A stretch of DNA of 64,000 nucleotides from Antedon mediterranea. Lineage: Eukaryota > Animalia > Echinodermata. Below are positions 37,317 through 49,349 of the stretch, piece by piece. The notes under the pieces are model-generated. The model did not search any database, was not told where the DNA came from, and was given only the letters and a program-made list of their open reading frames with translations. The stretch covers positions 3,834,201 through 3,898,200 of the forward strand of contig NC_092670.1 in assembly GCF_964355755.1 (NCBI RefSeq). The letters run 5' to 3'. Position 1 is the stretch's first letter. Each line of letters opens with the position of its first letter. The position numbers and the translations under genes are program-made.

Positions 37317-38408
37317 CAGTGGCGGATCTAGGATCTGACGAGGGGGGGTGGCCACGAAAGTGGCAAACGAGGTGCGTAGCACCGAGCGGGGGAGGGTTTG
37401 GGAGGGGGTGTCCCCCTCCCGAGTTTCCGAAAATTTTTGAAAAAATAGATGCTTACACACTGTTTAATAGGCTAGAGAAACTGTTTCCATCACACTTAAT
37501 AACAAATATTACATAATGTAAATTTAAATACATCCTTCATAAATACTGTACGGATCTTTTTCGACGAACTAATAATAAACTTTGATCGAAAAACCTTCAA
37601 ACAAAATGAACATTTTGTTGCGGTACTCCGAAAATGCCTCGATAGAGTGCATGTGTTGTGTACCGTGTTTTGGTGGTCTGTTAACCTCAGAGATATATAC
37701 CCTACAGCCGGGTGAATAACTCAATGTAATTTGGTATACAATGATCGCAGTAATCGCCGTGTCTTTAACACAAATCAAAAAACGCCAAATACGCCACATA
37801 CTTTTTTCGGCCGTCCCGTGTACATACAAGACATTTCATGTTTATTTTATGCCTATAAAATAATAAAAGAACACCATGTTTCTCGTTTATTTTTATCGTT
37901 TATACTGCATACCATAATATTATACAAAAAACTTTCATGCGCGAGAAAAAAGTTCCCGATATTACACTCCACTCAGGGGTGTAAATATACCACGCTAACG
38001 CTTGTGCACACACGGACCAGGCAATGGAAAATGGTGTATTTTGGAGAGTGATGACGTCAGCATTCACACGAGGAGCGAGCTTGACAACGTGACGCTGGTA
38101 GTTTTAGGAGTGCGTGTGTTTTGAAAATGGGTATTTTCCGAAGATTGTAAATCGTGTTTTCTTTTTAAACTCTTGAATTCATAATAGTAATTGAGCTCTT
38201 AGCTCTTTCACTGTGTAGGCCTATTTACACAGAACTATTAATGCTAACCCTAGCTCTAGTAGGGCCTAGCTAGTTAGGCCTACTCTTCTTAATTAAAAGA
38301 TTAATCCACGTCTAGTGACGGTCAATCGCGATTAGGTTGCATCTTTTTTTTTTTTTTTTGAGAATTAAGGGGGGTGGCTAGCCACCCTATTCACCCCCCC
38401 TAGATCCG
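37317..38408. mobile_element. Second, inverted copy of the hAT-like MITE, right TIR damaged
   Basis: Reverse complement of 32421-33514; ends ctagatccg and lacks the terminal ccactg. Confidence 0.9.
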
Positions 38409-38415
38409 ATGATTC

Positions 38416-40559
38416 AATCATCTTGTGGGATTCGAAATTCCACGTCAGCTAACGCCTGAGGATTCTATTGCTTACCCTCAGTTACACTGTTTCAGTGATG
38501 CTAGTGAAGCTGCATTTGGTTCTGTCATCTGGCTGCGTTGGGATACCCCAGCAGGAGTTAAATTGACATACGTTATAGCAAAGGCTCTAGTTGCACCGTT
38601 AAAGAAAAGATCAATTCCAAGATTAGAGTTAACTGCAGTTGTTGTCATGGCTCGACTCGCTAAACTTGTCTTAGAAGTGGTAGGAGATGTTAGTCTATGC
38701 AAGTTCTGGACCGACTCGAAAGTTGTCCTGTCTTGGGTTAGGTCGCCCGCCAGGACCTTCAAACCGTTTGTGTCTGCTCGTGTTCAAGAGATTCAGGATA
38801 CACTTCCAACATTTATTGATGACTTATGTTACATCCCTTCTAACATCAATCCAGCGGATCAGTTAACCAAGCCAATATACCCAAGTGACCTTCAGAAATG
38901 GATTCAAGGCCCAGATTTTCTTTTTCAAAGTTCTAACCAATGGCCAAACTATGAACCCGACTATGACACAGAGTTAAAACAAATGGTTGTAAAGGAGTAC
39001 ACAACGGAGTCTCTACGCAAAACGAATTATGTTACAGCTGTCAGAGGTAGGCCTACATTTGAAGACCTGTTGGTCAACACCGTGTCAAATTGGACTCGGC
39101 TGGTTCACCGAATAGCATACTGTCGTCGATTCATTTTAAAAAGGCGACCAGAAACCCTCTTTTTGACTGCCGACGAACTGCAAAGGGCTGAATTTTCACT
39201 CTTCTACGTTTCTCAGCGCACTGCGAACGATCGTTTGGATGCTTGGAGTACTAGAAAGCTAAACCCTAAAGTGGACGAGAGTGGTATGATAAGGGTCGAG
39301 GGAAGACTTAACAAGCTTCATATCCCTGAACAACAAAAACGGCCGATTCTTCTTCGTAGAGAGGATCATTTCTGGTAGAGTTGTTTGCCAAATATATTCA
39401 TAAGACGATTGGTCATCAGGGATACCGAGTGGCTGTTGCAAGCACATTTAAACGTGGAATTTACATACTCGGAGGACCCAAATTGTTTAAAGATATTGCT
39501 GCCAAATGTATGTTCTGTCGAACTCGACGTAGGAGTTTACTTAGCCAACAAATGGGAGAACTTCCCAGTTTTAGAGGCGATCCGCATACACCACCCTTTT
39601 GTAACGTAGCTCTTGATTTCTTTGGACCGATTTCTATCAAGCTCACTCGTAATACCAATACAGAAGGTAACATTCTGATAGTGACCTGCATGACCACACG
39701 AGTTATCTCATTAGAATTAGTGGATTCTCTATCATCAGAATCATTTATTAATGCTTGGAGACGATTTGTCTGCTCGCGGGGGATCCACCCAGTAACCGCT
39801 TTTAGTGACCATGGCCGCAATTTCGTCGGCGCTCAGCAGAAGTTGAGAGATTGGATCAAATCATGGGACGAACTAAAATTAAAGATGGAATTCAGGAAAA
39901 CCAATACATCTTTCGACTGGCAGTTCAATACTCCTTACGCTTCTCACATGAATGGAGTTGTCGAATCGCTTATAAGGAGTTGCCGTAAAGGTCTAGATGC
40001 CGTAGTCGATTACCATCATCGCCGTTTTAGTGCCCTTGAATGGCAGACTATTTTGAGTGAAGTGACTTATCTTATAAACTCACGACCATTGTTTCCGGAT
40101 GGGCCTGATCCACTTGAATCACCGCCAATTACTGGTAATGATATTCTATTTCCACATGGACAACCCGTACTCTTGCAACCGAACTTGGAAGTGGTAACGA
40201 ATCAGAAGAGTATTGTCGACATCGCACAACGACGTGTTCATGCATTCTGGGATTGTTGGATGTGTTATATGCCACCTCAATTAGTACAACGTTCAAAGTG
40301 GTTTCACCCAAGAGAAAATTTGCAGATTGGAGATTTAGTGCTAGTACTGGAACCTGGATTAAAGGGGGTTGCAGCACCACGTGGACATTGGCGACGGGGA
40401 ATAGTTGTGGATGTGAAGCCAGGGAAGGACAATCTCGTTCGGAAGGCCATGATTAAAACTGTTGAAAGATCGAATATAAGTATTAAGGAAAGGCCTGTAC
40501 ATAAGTTGTGTTTGATTGCAACTGTGGGAGAACTTAACCACGGGTTTTCTTCTAAATAA
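38416..40559 (+). pseudogene. BEL element 2 RNase H and integrase (1-nt frameshift at ~39370)
   Basis: FSDASE, IPRLEL, WTDS, NPAD; then GHQG..CMFC, LDFFGP, SDHGRNF, GVVESLI and a GPY/F-like C-terminus. Confidence 0.9.
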
Positions 40560-40694
40560 GGAATGCTTTATTATGTAACTACTTGAGACGTGAACATTTA
40601 ATTACTGCATCTTAATTAAGATTTACTTTGTTGTGGTTATTTTTCGAAATCCTTTATGTACTGTGACTCATGTCAATTTGTCACGAGGCGGGAG

Positions 40695-41161
40695 TGTTTC
40701 GGATTTCGAACTTTGACGTTGGTGGCGTAAATATTTTATTTGATTGTACGCAGAATTGTCAGCAAGATATAACGCTTATTATCTAATAGTAGATACTGTA
40801 ACTTTCTTATTTCTGACAGTGATACGTGGGAGTACTACGTACGTTATTATAACCTTTAAGTTGTGTTAATGTTCTTGACTTGGATATAAAAATTATTTGT
40901 TAGGCTATTTAGTTAAGTGTTTCGATCAGCTAATTGGCCATAAGCCTGCCTAGCCTAGCCTAGCTAGCCCTCGTGTAGTGCTACTAGTAGTAGTTTGACT
41001 GTATGTATGTATCTGCTATGCTGTTTTGCGGGGTTGTTTGCACACGCAGCTGTGCTGCCTTGTGCGTGTTTTCATTGAGTTTATTTGTGTTTCAGACTTT
41101 ACCGAAGAATAAAGAACGGTTAAAGCAACTACCACGAGTTTGTGTATCATTGTCCGAATTA
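40695..41161 (+). repeat. 3' LTR of BEL element 2
   Basis: Direct repeat of 32311-32420 plus 33520-33874. Confidence 0.93.
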
Positions 41162-41271
41162 GTAAGTTTACAAATTTTATTCGACTTTGGATCATCCAAA
41201 AGAAAATTTACTTAAAATACTATACAGTGATCCAGATGAACCTTTTTACTAACTATTTATTATGTACTTAC

Positions 41272-41422
41272 CAGTGGTATATACTTTAAATGTACAACTA
41301 CCCACATTACCAGAATGGTCAGTTGCCGATCAAGTTACAGCAGTTTCACCAACGCTAAATTGTGAGCCAGAAGGAGGAACACAAGTTGGTGTCAGACCAG
41401 TATCAACATTGTCTGTGACGGT
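41272..41422 (-). pseudogene. Partial HYR domain exon with premature stop
   Basis: TVTDNVDTGLTPTCVPPSGSQFSVGETAVT*SATDHSGNVGSCTFKVY; TGA at 41330-41332 replaces the expected Cys; phase-1 gtaagt donor. Confidence 0.85.
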
Positions 41423-42272
41423 CTGCAAGTATTTACTCATGTTTATATAGACGTTATATTTTATAACTTTAACTGTAGTCATATACAATTCCGTTCTGTT
41501 CAAAATCCTCTCAGTCATTAGTTGTTATGCCTCACTTTACCCAACAACAGTGTATCTAATAACTGCTTTGTCGAGCCCGCCTTGTTACAACCGGTAATGT
41601 AGAAAACGCCCGCTAATGTCGAAACAACCGCTAATTGAGTACGACAAATTAGCTGAACATTTTAGACATTGTTTTGAATTCTACGCATGACTTATTAACT
41701 CCACCTGTGTATTTTAGTTCATATCAAAATAGTAAGCAGCTAAAAGTATTGCATACAATCGCATACCTTCTTTACATTCCACACAGTTACATGAATAAAA
41801 CGTTGTATTTATTGAATAATTTGTTTACACTCGATTACACATTTTACTACCAGTAATGAGAAATTATTCTGATTTTCGGATTGAGCCTACAAAATGAAAA
41901 TAACACTAAGTTATTGAAATTATAATATATAAAAATATTATACTTAATTGCTGTGCATTTTTTACGTTTATAAAATTGTTATAAACGTAATTGTTCTTGA
42001 ATGAACGAACAAACACAATTTCGAAAATTAAAATATCCGGTTGCCACTGTCTGTTCAGCACAAAATTCTGAATTGACTGTGTTATTACTTGATTGTGTCA
42101 CCTTTTGTTTTATCAAAAGGTTGTTCATAGAACCATAGAGATATTATATCTACGATAAAACACTGCTTGAATTTTTTGAATAATGTAGAGAAACAGCCAG
42201 CATATTGCAGTACGTTCAAAACCAAATGATAGACTCCTAATTGTCAGTTATGTTTGAAGAAGACTAATACTT

Positions 42273-44369
42273 CTAATGCGGCTTCTGACTCTTACCGGGA
42301 TTCTTCGCATCCACCTGGTTATTCGCGTTCTCCGTTTTTGCATCATCCTCTTTATCTTGCATGAAACCATCTCTTGTGTATCCATTGGTTTCTGCGTAAT
42401 TGAACACCTCGTGCCGTATGCGGCGTTTCTCAGCTTCCTGTATCGAGGTATATCTACCAGCTGCAAATAATATCACGGAGAAGTGTGTCCCTGATAATAT
42501 GTAAATTAAATTAGGAATTACCAACGTTACTATATATTTAGAAAATTCAGTAAATTGATTAAAATCATCATTTGTTGAAACTATTGTAGAATAAGCAATC
42601 CCTAAAAAAATACAAACAATCGAGTTCCAAAACAAAAAAAATACTCTTTCCAAATTTATGTTTTTGTGTTTTTTGATAATATGAAAAAACAAATTTACAG
42701 GTAAACTTGGAACCGATTCTGTATGTACAACAAGCGGTTTCAAATTGTGTTTGTTTCCATCATGACCCTTTTGCCAGGCCTCTGCTTCACAAACTATGGT
42801 ACGCCAAACTGCGGCGTATGTGCTGTAATAATATATACAGTTACATAAAATGTACCACCAAAATAGGAGGATTGTAATATGCCTCATTACATCTTCTTTG
42901 TTCCCGGCGCCGTAGTTTATCACTATTCCTGTAGTTGTTAGCAAAATTATCTGTAAAAGTAAATAGGCAATGCACGCTACTTGAACCGATAGAGCTACCA
43001 CAAATCCGGTAAACAAAAATGCGCGTATAATAATCTCTAAGAGATACAATAAAATATATGTTTTAGGATATCGTCTGTATTGGGGAATACCGGTTTTGAT
43101 AATTTCATACACGGATGAAATCGGTTTTAAAATTAAATATATTACTGGAAGCATATACATAAGCAGACGAATCAAAACCTTGCATATATAAATGATAGTC
43201 CTAATAAAAAAAAAGAAGATGTTATTATTAGGTAACGGCCTGTCTCTCCAAGCTGCAAACAAAATATCATAATCGATCACAAGTTGAAATCGATTCCATA
43301 TCTGATGGTAAAGACATGTGTACCGGTTGCAGTCAAAGTCTAATCTACAGTCGGAGCCATCGTTGAAAACAGACAGTGTTGCCGGACGAATAGTAATGAT
43401 CAGCAATGTATATATTTGGATATGGATATACCTGTATAATTTAAAGTAATACACACTGGTACCAATGATGACAGCGGATACAGTACCGAATACAATAATT
43501 GATATGCAGAACATAAAAACCCGAATGCTTAGTATCCATGCATGCGTATTACCCCAATGCAAAATGGTGTACCATATGCCTACAGGTAACGGAGAATCCA
43601 ACGCCAATCTTGGTTCTTGCTGTGATTGGTTATAATAATCTCGTCGTTTGTAGTGGGGCTCATTTAAAAATACGCCAATCAGCAAGGGATAACATAACAT
43701 CACTATAAAGCAAATTACAATAATCTGTACTTGCCATGGAAAATATAATGATGATTTGACACCTTGTCCATCTACAAATTTTAAACACAAATATGACCAT
43801 CCAATATTTAAGAAACAAAAAAGGTCGTCTTTACTAAGATTTCCTAGTATCGCTTCCATTGCAAACATAGTATCATTAATGGATAGGCCTAGAAAACAAT
43901 ATTCAGAATAAAACCTCAACTTCACTGTGATTTCTTTTCTCTTAAGGTCTATTGTTCCCATAGATAACAATTTGTAGTGGTCTGGAAAGGACATTGCAGC
44001 TCTTCCTGTCGTACCGTTAATCCACTTAAATTTAGAAATGAAAAGCAAAGACCCAAATTGTACATCAAAAGATGGTCGATTAGTTTCAAAGTTTACAACA
44101 GAAATATTACTTTTCTTAACCAGGTCAATCAGTTGTTCACCTGTGATGGGTTTGCCTTCAAGTGTCATTGTTGGAACCTTCACTTTGCAAGGCTCGTGAA
44201 ATTTCAGAATAATAGATAATACAATATCAAAAACATTATCCTTCGTAATTCTTCTTTTGTTTGAAACGTAGGAAGACGCATTCATATAGTGCGGTATTGC
44301 TGTAGTATCTTCTTCATAAACACGTACAATAATTAGGTAAAAAAACAACACACTCCAATATAACGCCAT
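42273..44369 (-). CDS. Uncharacterised signal-peptide multi-pass membrane protein, paralog B (698 aa, intact, single coding exon)
   Basis: Long ORF; hydrophobic N-terminus, ~190-aa Cys-containing ectodomain, roughly 7-9 hydrophobic segments, charged tail; two paralogs in this window. Confidence 0.9.
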   Translation of the reverse strand: MALYWSVLFFYLIIVRVYEEDTTAIPHYMNASSYVSNKRRITKDNVFDIVLSIILKFHEPCKVKVPTMTLEGKPITGEQLIDLVKKSNISVVNFETNRPSFDVQFGSLLFISKFKWINGTTGRAAMSFPDHYKLLSMGTIDLKRKEITVKLRFYSEYCFLGLSINDTMFAMEAILGNLSKDDLFCFLNIGWSYLCLKFVDGQGVKSSLYFPWQVQIIVICFIVMLCYPLLIGVFLNEPHYKRRDYYNQSQQEPRLALDSPLPVGIWYTILHWGNTHAWILSIRVFMFCISIIVFGTVSAVIIGTSVYYFKLYRYIHIQIYTLLIITIRPATLSVFNDGSDCRLDFDCNRYTCLYHQIWNRFQLVIDYDILFAAWRDRPLPNNNIFFFFIRTIIYICKVLIRLLMYMLPVIYLILKPISSVYEIIKTGIPQYRRYPKTYILLYLLEIIIRAFLFTGFVVALSVQVACIAYLLLQIILLTTTGIVINYGAGNKEDVMRHITILLFWWYILCNCIYYYSTYAAVWRTIVCEAEAWQKGHDGNKHNLKPLVVHTESVPSLPVNLFFHIIKKHKNINLERVFFLFWNSIVCIFLGIAYSTIVSTNDDFNQFTEFSKYIVTLVIPNLIYILSGTHFSVILFAAGRYTSIQEAEKRRIRHEVFNYAETNGYTRDGFMQDKEDDAKTENANNQVDAKNPGKSQKPH

Positions 44370-45737
44370 TTTTTCTTTGTCTTAAATAAGATGATTGTAG
44401 TACAGTCCTCGGCTACAATTAATCAGATTTCATCAGGAATTAGCAACAAAAATGTCTGAAACTGTCAAACGACTGTAATCAACTGATTCATAATCACGTT
44501 GCAGTGATTATACAAAACAACTACAAAAGGAAAATCAATTAATTAGCATAATGGATCAATAACATTCTTTGATTTTTGTTTTGTGACAGGTTTACCGGTA
44601 GATTACGGTACGTATCCGAAACGTGTTTTCCTGCGCGACAGTCGGGTGATTATGCAACATATAATAGGAAATCGATTAGCTTTTGATGAACATTGATCGA
44701 TAAATTAACAGTTATTTTATGTTTTGAAAGTTTGCGTTATCAAGATAGAACAAAAAAAAGTCAAAATATCGATTATTGCCATTGTCAGATTTGTTTTAAT
44801 GAACTGCACTGTTTTTTACAGTACAAATAGTAAAGGCATACTCGACCTCTTTAATATTTTATACTTTCTTAATAAATTCTTTCCAAGAATGCGACTCCCT
44901 CTCAGAGCGATACATAGAGTTGGAAATTGTATAGTAGGCCTAAAAAGATACATTCACAAGACGATGCCATGCAATTCTCTGTATATATTTTCCCATTATT
45001 TAACAAAACGGGGAATGGGAATAGTAGGCCTATAATGAAATACACATTCCATTAAAATTAAAGTAATATATAAACTAGACACTCCCGAGTCATTTAATTA
45101 TTGTAAAACACTGTTATAGGACAAAGGAGGATTAACCTTTCCAAAACAAAATTGTAAGACAATATTATGATACAAGAATAATTTTTACAAGGGAAGAGTG
45201 ATGGTTTTAACACACTATGTTTAAAGCAAAAACAAATCCTTTCACAAATGGTGCAAACATCCTTTGATGAAAATAACAATAGTGGAAATTCCTTTTGGGA
45301 AAAATAACTATAGCGGAAAATCCATAGATGAAAATAACAATGGAAAAAATACCATGGCAGAAATAACACTGGAAAAAATACCATGGCGGAAATAACACTG
45401 GGGCAAAATAACATGGAATAAAACAGACATAGTGCACATGGGCTTGTTGACGAACTGTCCTCTTATTATTATTAATTACCTTTACTTCATATTTAGTTAA
45501 GGTTTCTTTTAATTAAACGAACAGTTCCTGAAGACGGATCAAGCGCATAAAAAATTGCTGTAAACATAGGTACCTTTTGATTGCGCAAATAAAACTAAAG
45601 AAAATTCAAACTTTAACATTCACACGCCAGCCAGGTTTGGATTGCTTGACGAACAAGCAAAAATGCAATGCCTACGTTATTTTTTGTCAATATCCAACGT
45701 ACGAATATTAGTCAGTTGATGTAATTATCAAGATAAT

Positions 45738-45850
45738 AACAAGGCCATATACATGCCTGCAGTCGCGTGCTCAAATTTGAGTATTTACCGACCGACCGAC
45801 CGACCAACCAACCATCCGACCGACATAGTGAGCTGTAGAGTCGCGTTGCA
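45738..45850 (-). mobile_element. Internally deleted HINE remnant
   Basis: aacaaggcc...gcagtcgcgtgc...(gacc)n gacatagtgagctgtagagtcgcg matches both ends of the 11084 element. Confidence 0.7.
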
Positions 45851-46570
45851 CTAATAATTGTTAATCAATGAAACAAAAACAGCTTACAAAATGTATTTTG
45901 GAATAGAACACTATTTATACACACGACGTAAGCCTGTTTGATTCATGTACTTTTTTCGGTTGTATTAATTTGAACCCGGTCCAACAATCGGTAGTGTAAT
46001 TGTTATGCCTCGTGACAGTTAGATGATTGACAAGGTATGGGATATGCCCAAAATATTCAATAGTTATGAATTCTACATCGCTTTAAATTTCTACCAGACG
46101 TACCTATATACACCAAGTAGACCGTAGAAAGGAATGGAATTAAACAATTAATGAATCGTCGTAAACGCAAAAGAATGTGTGTAAACACTGCGATACGACA
46201 ATAAAGAAGAAAAAATGCACAATGGTATGTTTATATTTAACTCTATACGTCATCTAGTGTTTGGAGGTTTGATAAGGAAAACAACAAATATCTAACATTT
46301 AATTAGTTTAGATCAAACTATATATTTTTTTAAATAACCATAATATAATAATTATACTAATAATTTTGGTAGGCCTACTATTTTTTTTTATTACGATTTA
46401 AATATTTATAATAAAATAATCATAACGTTCTTTGATATTTCAGATATACAAAATAATATAAAACAAAAATGAGTATTAATAAACTAAGGGAAAGCTTACA
46501 GAAAATAGATAGATAGAAAATTGCAAATAGCAAAATGTGTTATGGAAACAGCATCATATATAAAGCTTAC

Positions 46571-46616
46571 CAACAGAGATTTTGAAAGAACAGATTGCAT
46601 CATTGCCAGCGTCATC
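46571..46616 (-). pseudogene. Orphan 3' fragment of a HYR exon (paralog of 25222-25484)
   Basis: DDAGNDAICSFKISV plus the identical donor context catatataaagcttac. Confidence 0.7.
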
Positions 46617-47437
46617 ATTCAATTTTGTACTTCTGTTCAATAACTTGCATCCAAATGTTAAAGATAGTCTATTTTTTCCCCTGTCATCATTTATATATCC
46701 ACTTAAGAAAAACCTGCTTCAAGTACCTGTCTAAATTCAATGAAATGTTATTCTAAACTGTTGTATATATTTGTGTTACTTTTTCTGTATATAAGTTTAT
46801 TTCATTTTTACACTTTAGGTGGCGGAGAGTCATTCGATAGTGTTTTGTTTCACTTTTTGACAATCCCGTCTATAGCGCTCTGTAGGCCTACCTTGTGATT
46901 TTTTTTGTTATTTATAAAAGACGAAATAAATGAAATGAAATGAAAGGAAATGTCCCATAGGAATATATGAAGATATTATTTGTTTATGCTGTGTGAAAAC
47001 CTACAGTATAATAATATTGTAACAGTGTGTGTGTGCGTGTGTGCCGAAACAGATCAAATGTAGGCCTATACTTGTGTACATAAAATGTGCGCATTCATGT
47101 TCAGGCTACATTTTAGTGATGTCAACGCTCTACGGTCATTATCAAATAAACTAACATTGAAGATTTGGTACTTTTTCGCGGCAGATAAATATTTTCACTA
47201 AACCAAGTCTTAACATCTATTGTGTAAAATGTAAATTTATTATTTTTGTTTAAAATAGTAGGCCTAATAAAACAAAAAGACTATTTATTTCTACATATTT
47301 TTTTATTTCAAGCAGAAAACAAAAATCACAGTTAATACAATTCAATATAACTGATATAAATTATTTACACACGGAAAAATACAAACAAAACAATTAAGTT
47401 TTTTTTACGAAAAATCTATGTTTTGTTTATCTTCAAT

Positions 47438-47700
47438 TGTATTGGACATGTCAATAGGATGCCCTGCACAAGATATCCAAATCTACTCTTGGGCGCAATT
47501 GTCCAAGGAACTAGACTACGAGGGAGACCAGCCAAGAAATGGTTAAACTGTGTAAAGGCATACTGCACATCAAGAAACCAAGAATCCCTAACGAGTGCAA
47601 CTAGAATGTCACAAGATAGGAGGATCTAGCAAGAGGTCAAGAAACAGAAGCCATCACAAGTCTCCCAGACGGTGTGGACGGCTTAGGTCAAGGTTGGTCA
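47438..47700 (+). mobile_element. RTE-clade LINE 3' fragment
   Basis: IGHVNRMP..RYPNLLL...GTRLRGRPAKKWLNCV...QDR is the typical RTE C-terminal motif. Confidence 0.75.
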
Positions 47701-49349
47701 TGTTAATACAACACCACATACAGTAAATACTTTAATCGATTCCCATGTTTTGGGAAAGTAGATTAGCACATGCATAGGTCATGACCCTAAACAACCTTCA
47801 TTGATATTAATATGATACATACATTATTATATTAATTAAATTGATATTTGTAAGTGAAAGAATCAAGTGACTAAACAATGAATATTCATAGCTAACTATT
47901 AATATTCATCAACTTTTAAATCTAACTATTTTATTTCTACATAATTAAATGAATAATCAATGGATATTCATAACCATTATGCATATTCATTATGCTATTC
48001 CAAAATACCGAAAGCAAACAATGTTTTTGATATTTCTTTCCTTAAAAATATTTCCTTTTTACATCATTCATATTTATTAATTAACAAGTAAGTATGCACA
48101 ACAAAGTTTGTTTTCACCAAAAACAAAACTGTAAAAGGGTAAACATATACTGTATGTAGATTTTTCACAACACATAATTTACCATTAAACATTTTTCAGT
48201 TTGGCCTGAAAAATGTTTAAGTTGGAGAGGGCAAAGAAACTTTCTTATTTACTTAACTTTCTGAATAAAATGTATTAATAGGAAATCACAACAAAGTACT
48301 AATAACAGACTTACTAAAATGTAAACATAATATATATACATAATTATATATCATTTAAGCAATTAATAATGGAACGGGAGATAAGCTAGTACATTATACA
48401 GTATTTACAAATTTGCAGCCTTCACTATTTTATAGAATAAAAATGATATCAGCATTAAATAAGCCAGTGGGTAAATCTCTATGGAATTCATTTAAAAGCA
48501 ATATGCTATAGGCCTATAACATTGAATGTGAAACATATAACAATAAAGAAACAAGTATAGAAAAATGGATAGCTTTACGAAATACTATTATACTAATATA
48601 ATTTCTAATTTGATATGATTTATCAGAAAAGGAATTACTGTGATACGAGTTACAAGTGGTACTGATCTATTATGATTTTTATTTCGTTTTATCTTGTATA
48701 TATAAATACATTGTATAATCCGGGTTGTAAAATGAAAACCAACAAATGAAAATGAAAATCTCACAAATTCTTTATGTGTTAAATATTTTTTAAACGAGAT
48801 AGATGATAATGATGATCATTGTCAAGTGTATATAGACAAAATATAAGATAATTAATGAAAAAATGTAATACGGAATTCATAAATGTAAAAATGTTACTGA
48901 TGAATTGTAACGACATTTAGAATAAACAAAAATGTGTTAAATTATATGATTTTCTGTAATGACATGAGATAATATGAATTTGAATAAAAGTGGTGTTGCG
49001 CCACAAGAGAGAAAAAAAAATGTAAAACATTAAGACGGATTAAGCGAATAAAAATATTCGAAACAAAATAAATAAAGAGAATTCGAAATTTAAAATTCAC
49101 TGTACACTCTACGCGAGCCAAATTTGGATATGCTTGATGAACAGTGTAAACAAGCGAAACAGCAAAGTGGCCTACGTTACATTTTGTTAAATATCCAAAT
49201 TACGATTATCGGGATTGTATGTAATATCAAGGTAATGATTATTGTTAATCAATAAAATTAAAAACCTTATAAAGTCTTATATTTTACATTATCGAATTAC
49301 GGTACATTTGTAAGTAGGCCTACGGTAGTTTGGTTTATTAGTTTAATTT

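Larger units (their letters stand above)
32311..41161 (+). mobile_element. BEL/Pao LTR retrotransposon, full length, disrupted by two MITE copies
   Basis: LTRs 32311-33874 (interrupted) and 40695-41161, 5-bp TSD GTAAG, PPT gaggcgggag. Domain order Gag-PR(FFDSGAD)-RT(YMDD)-RH(FSDAS)-IN. Confidence 0.95.

Noticed and set aside
37317-37516. C-terminus of the 1266-aa ORF
   Set aside because: Read-through into the inserted MITE.
45094-45437. Hydrophobic ORFs
   Set aside because: Derived from a degenerate ~20-bp aaataaca... tandem repeat.
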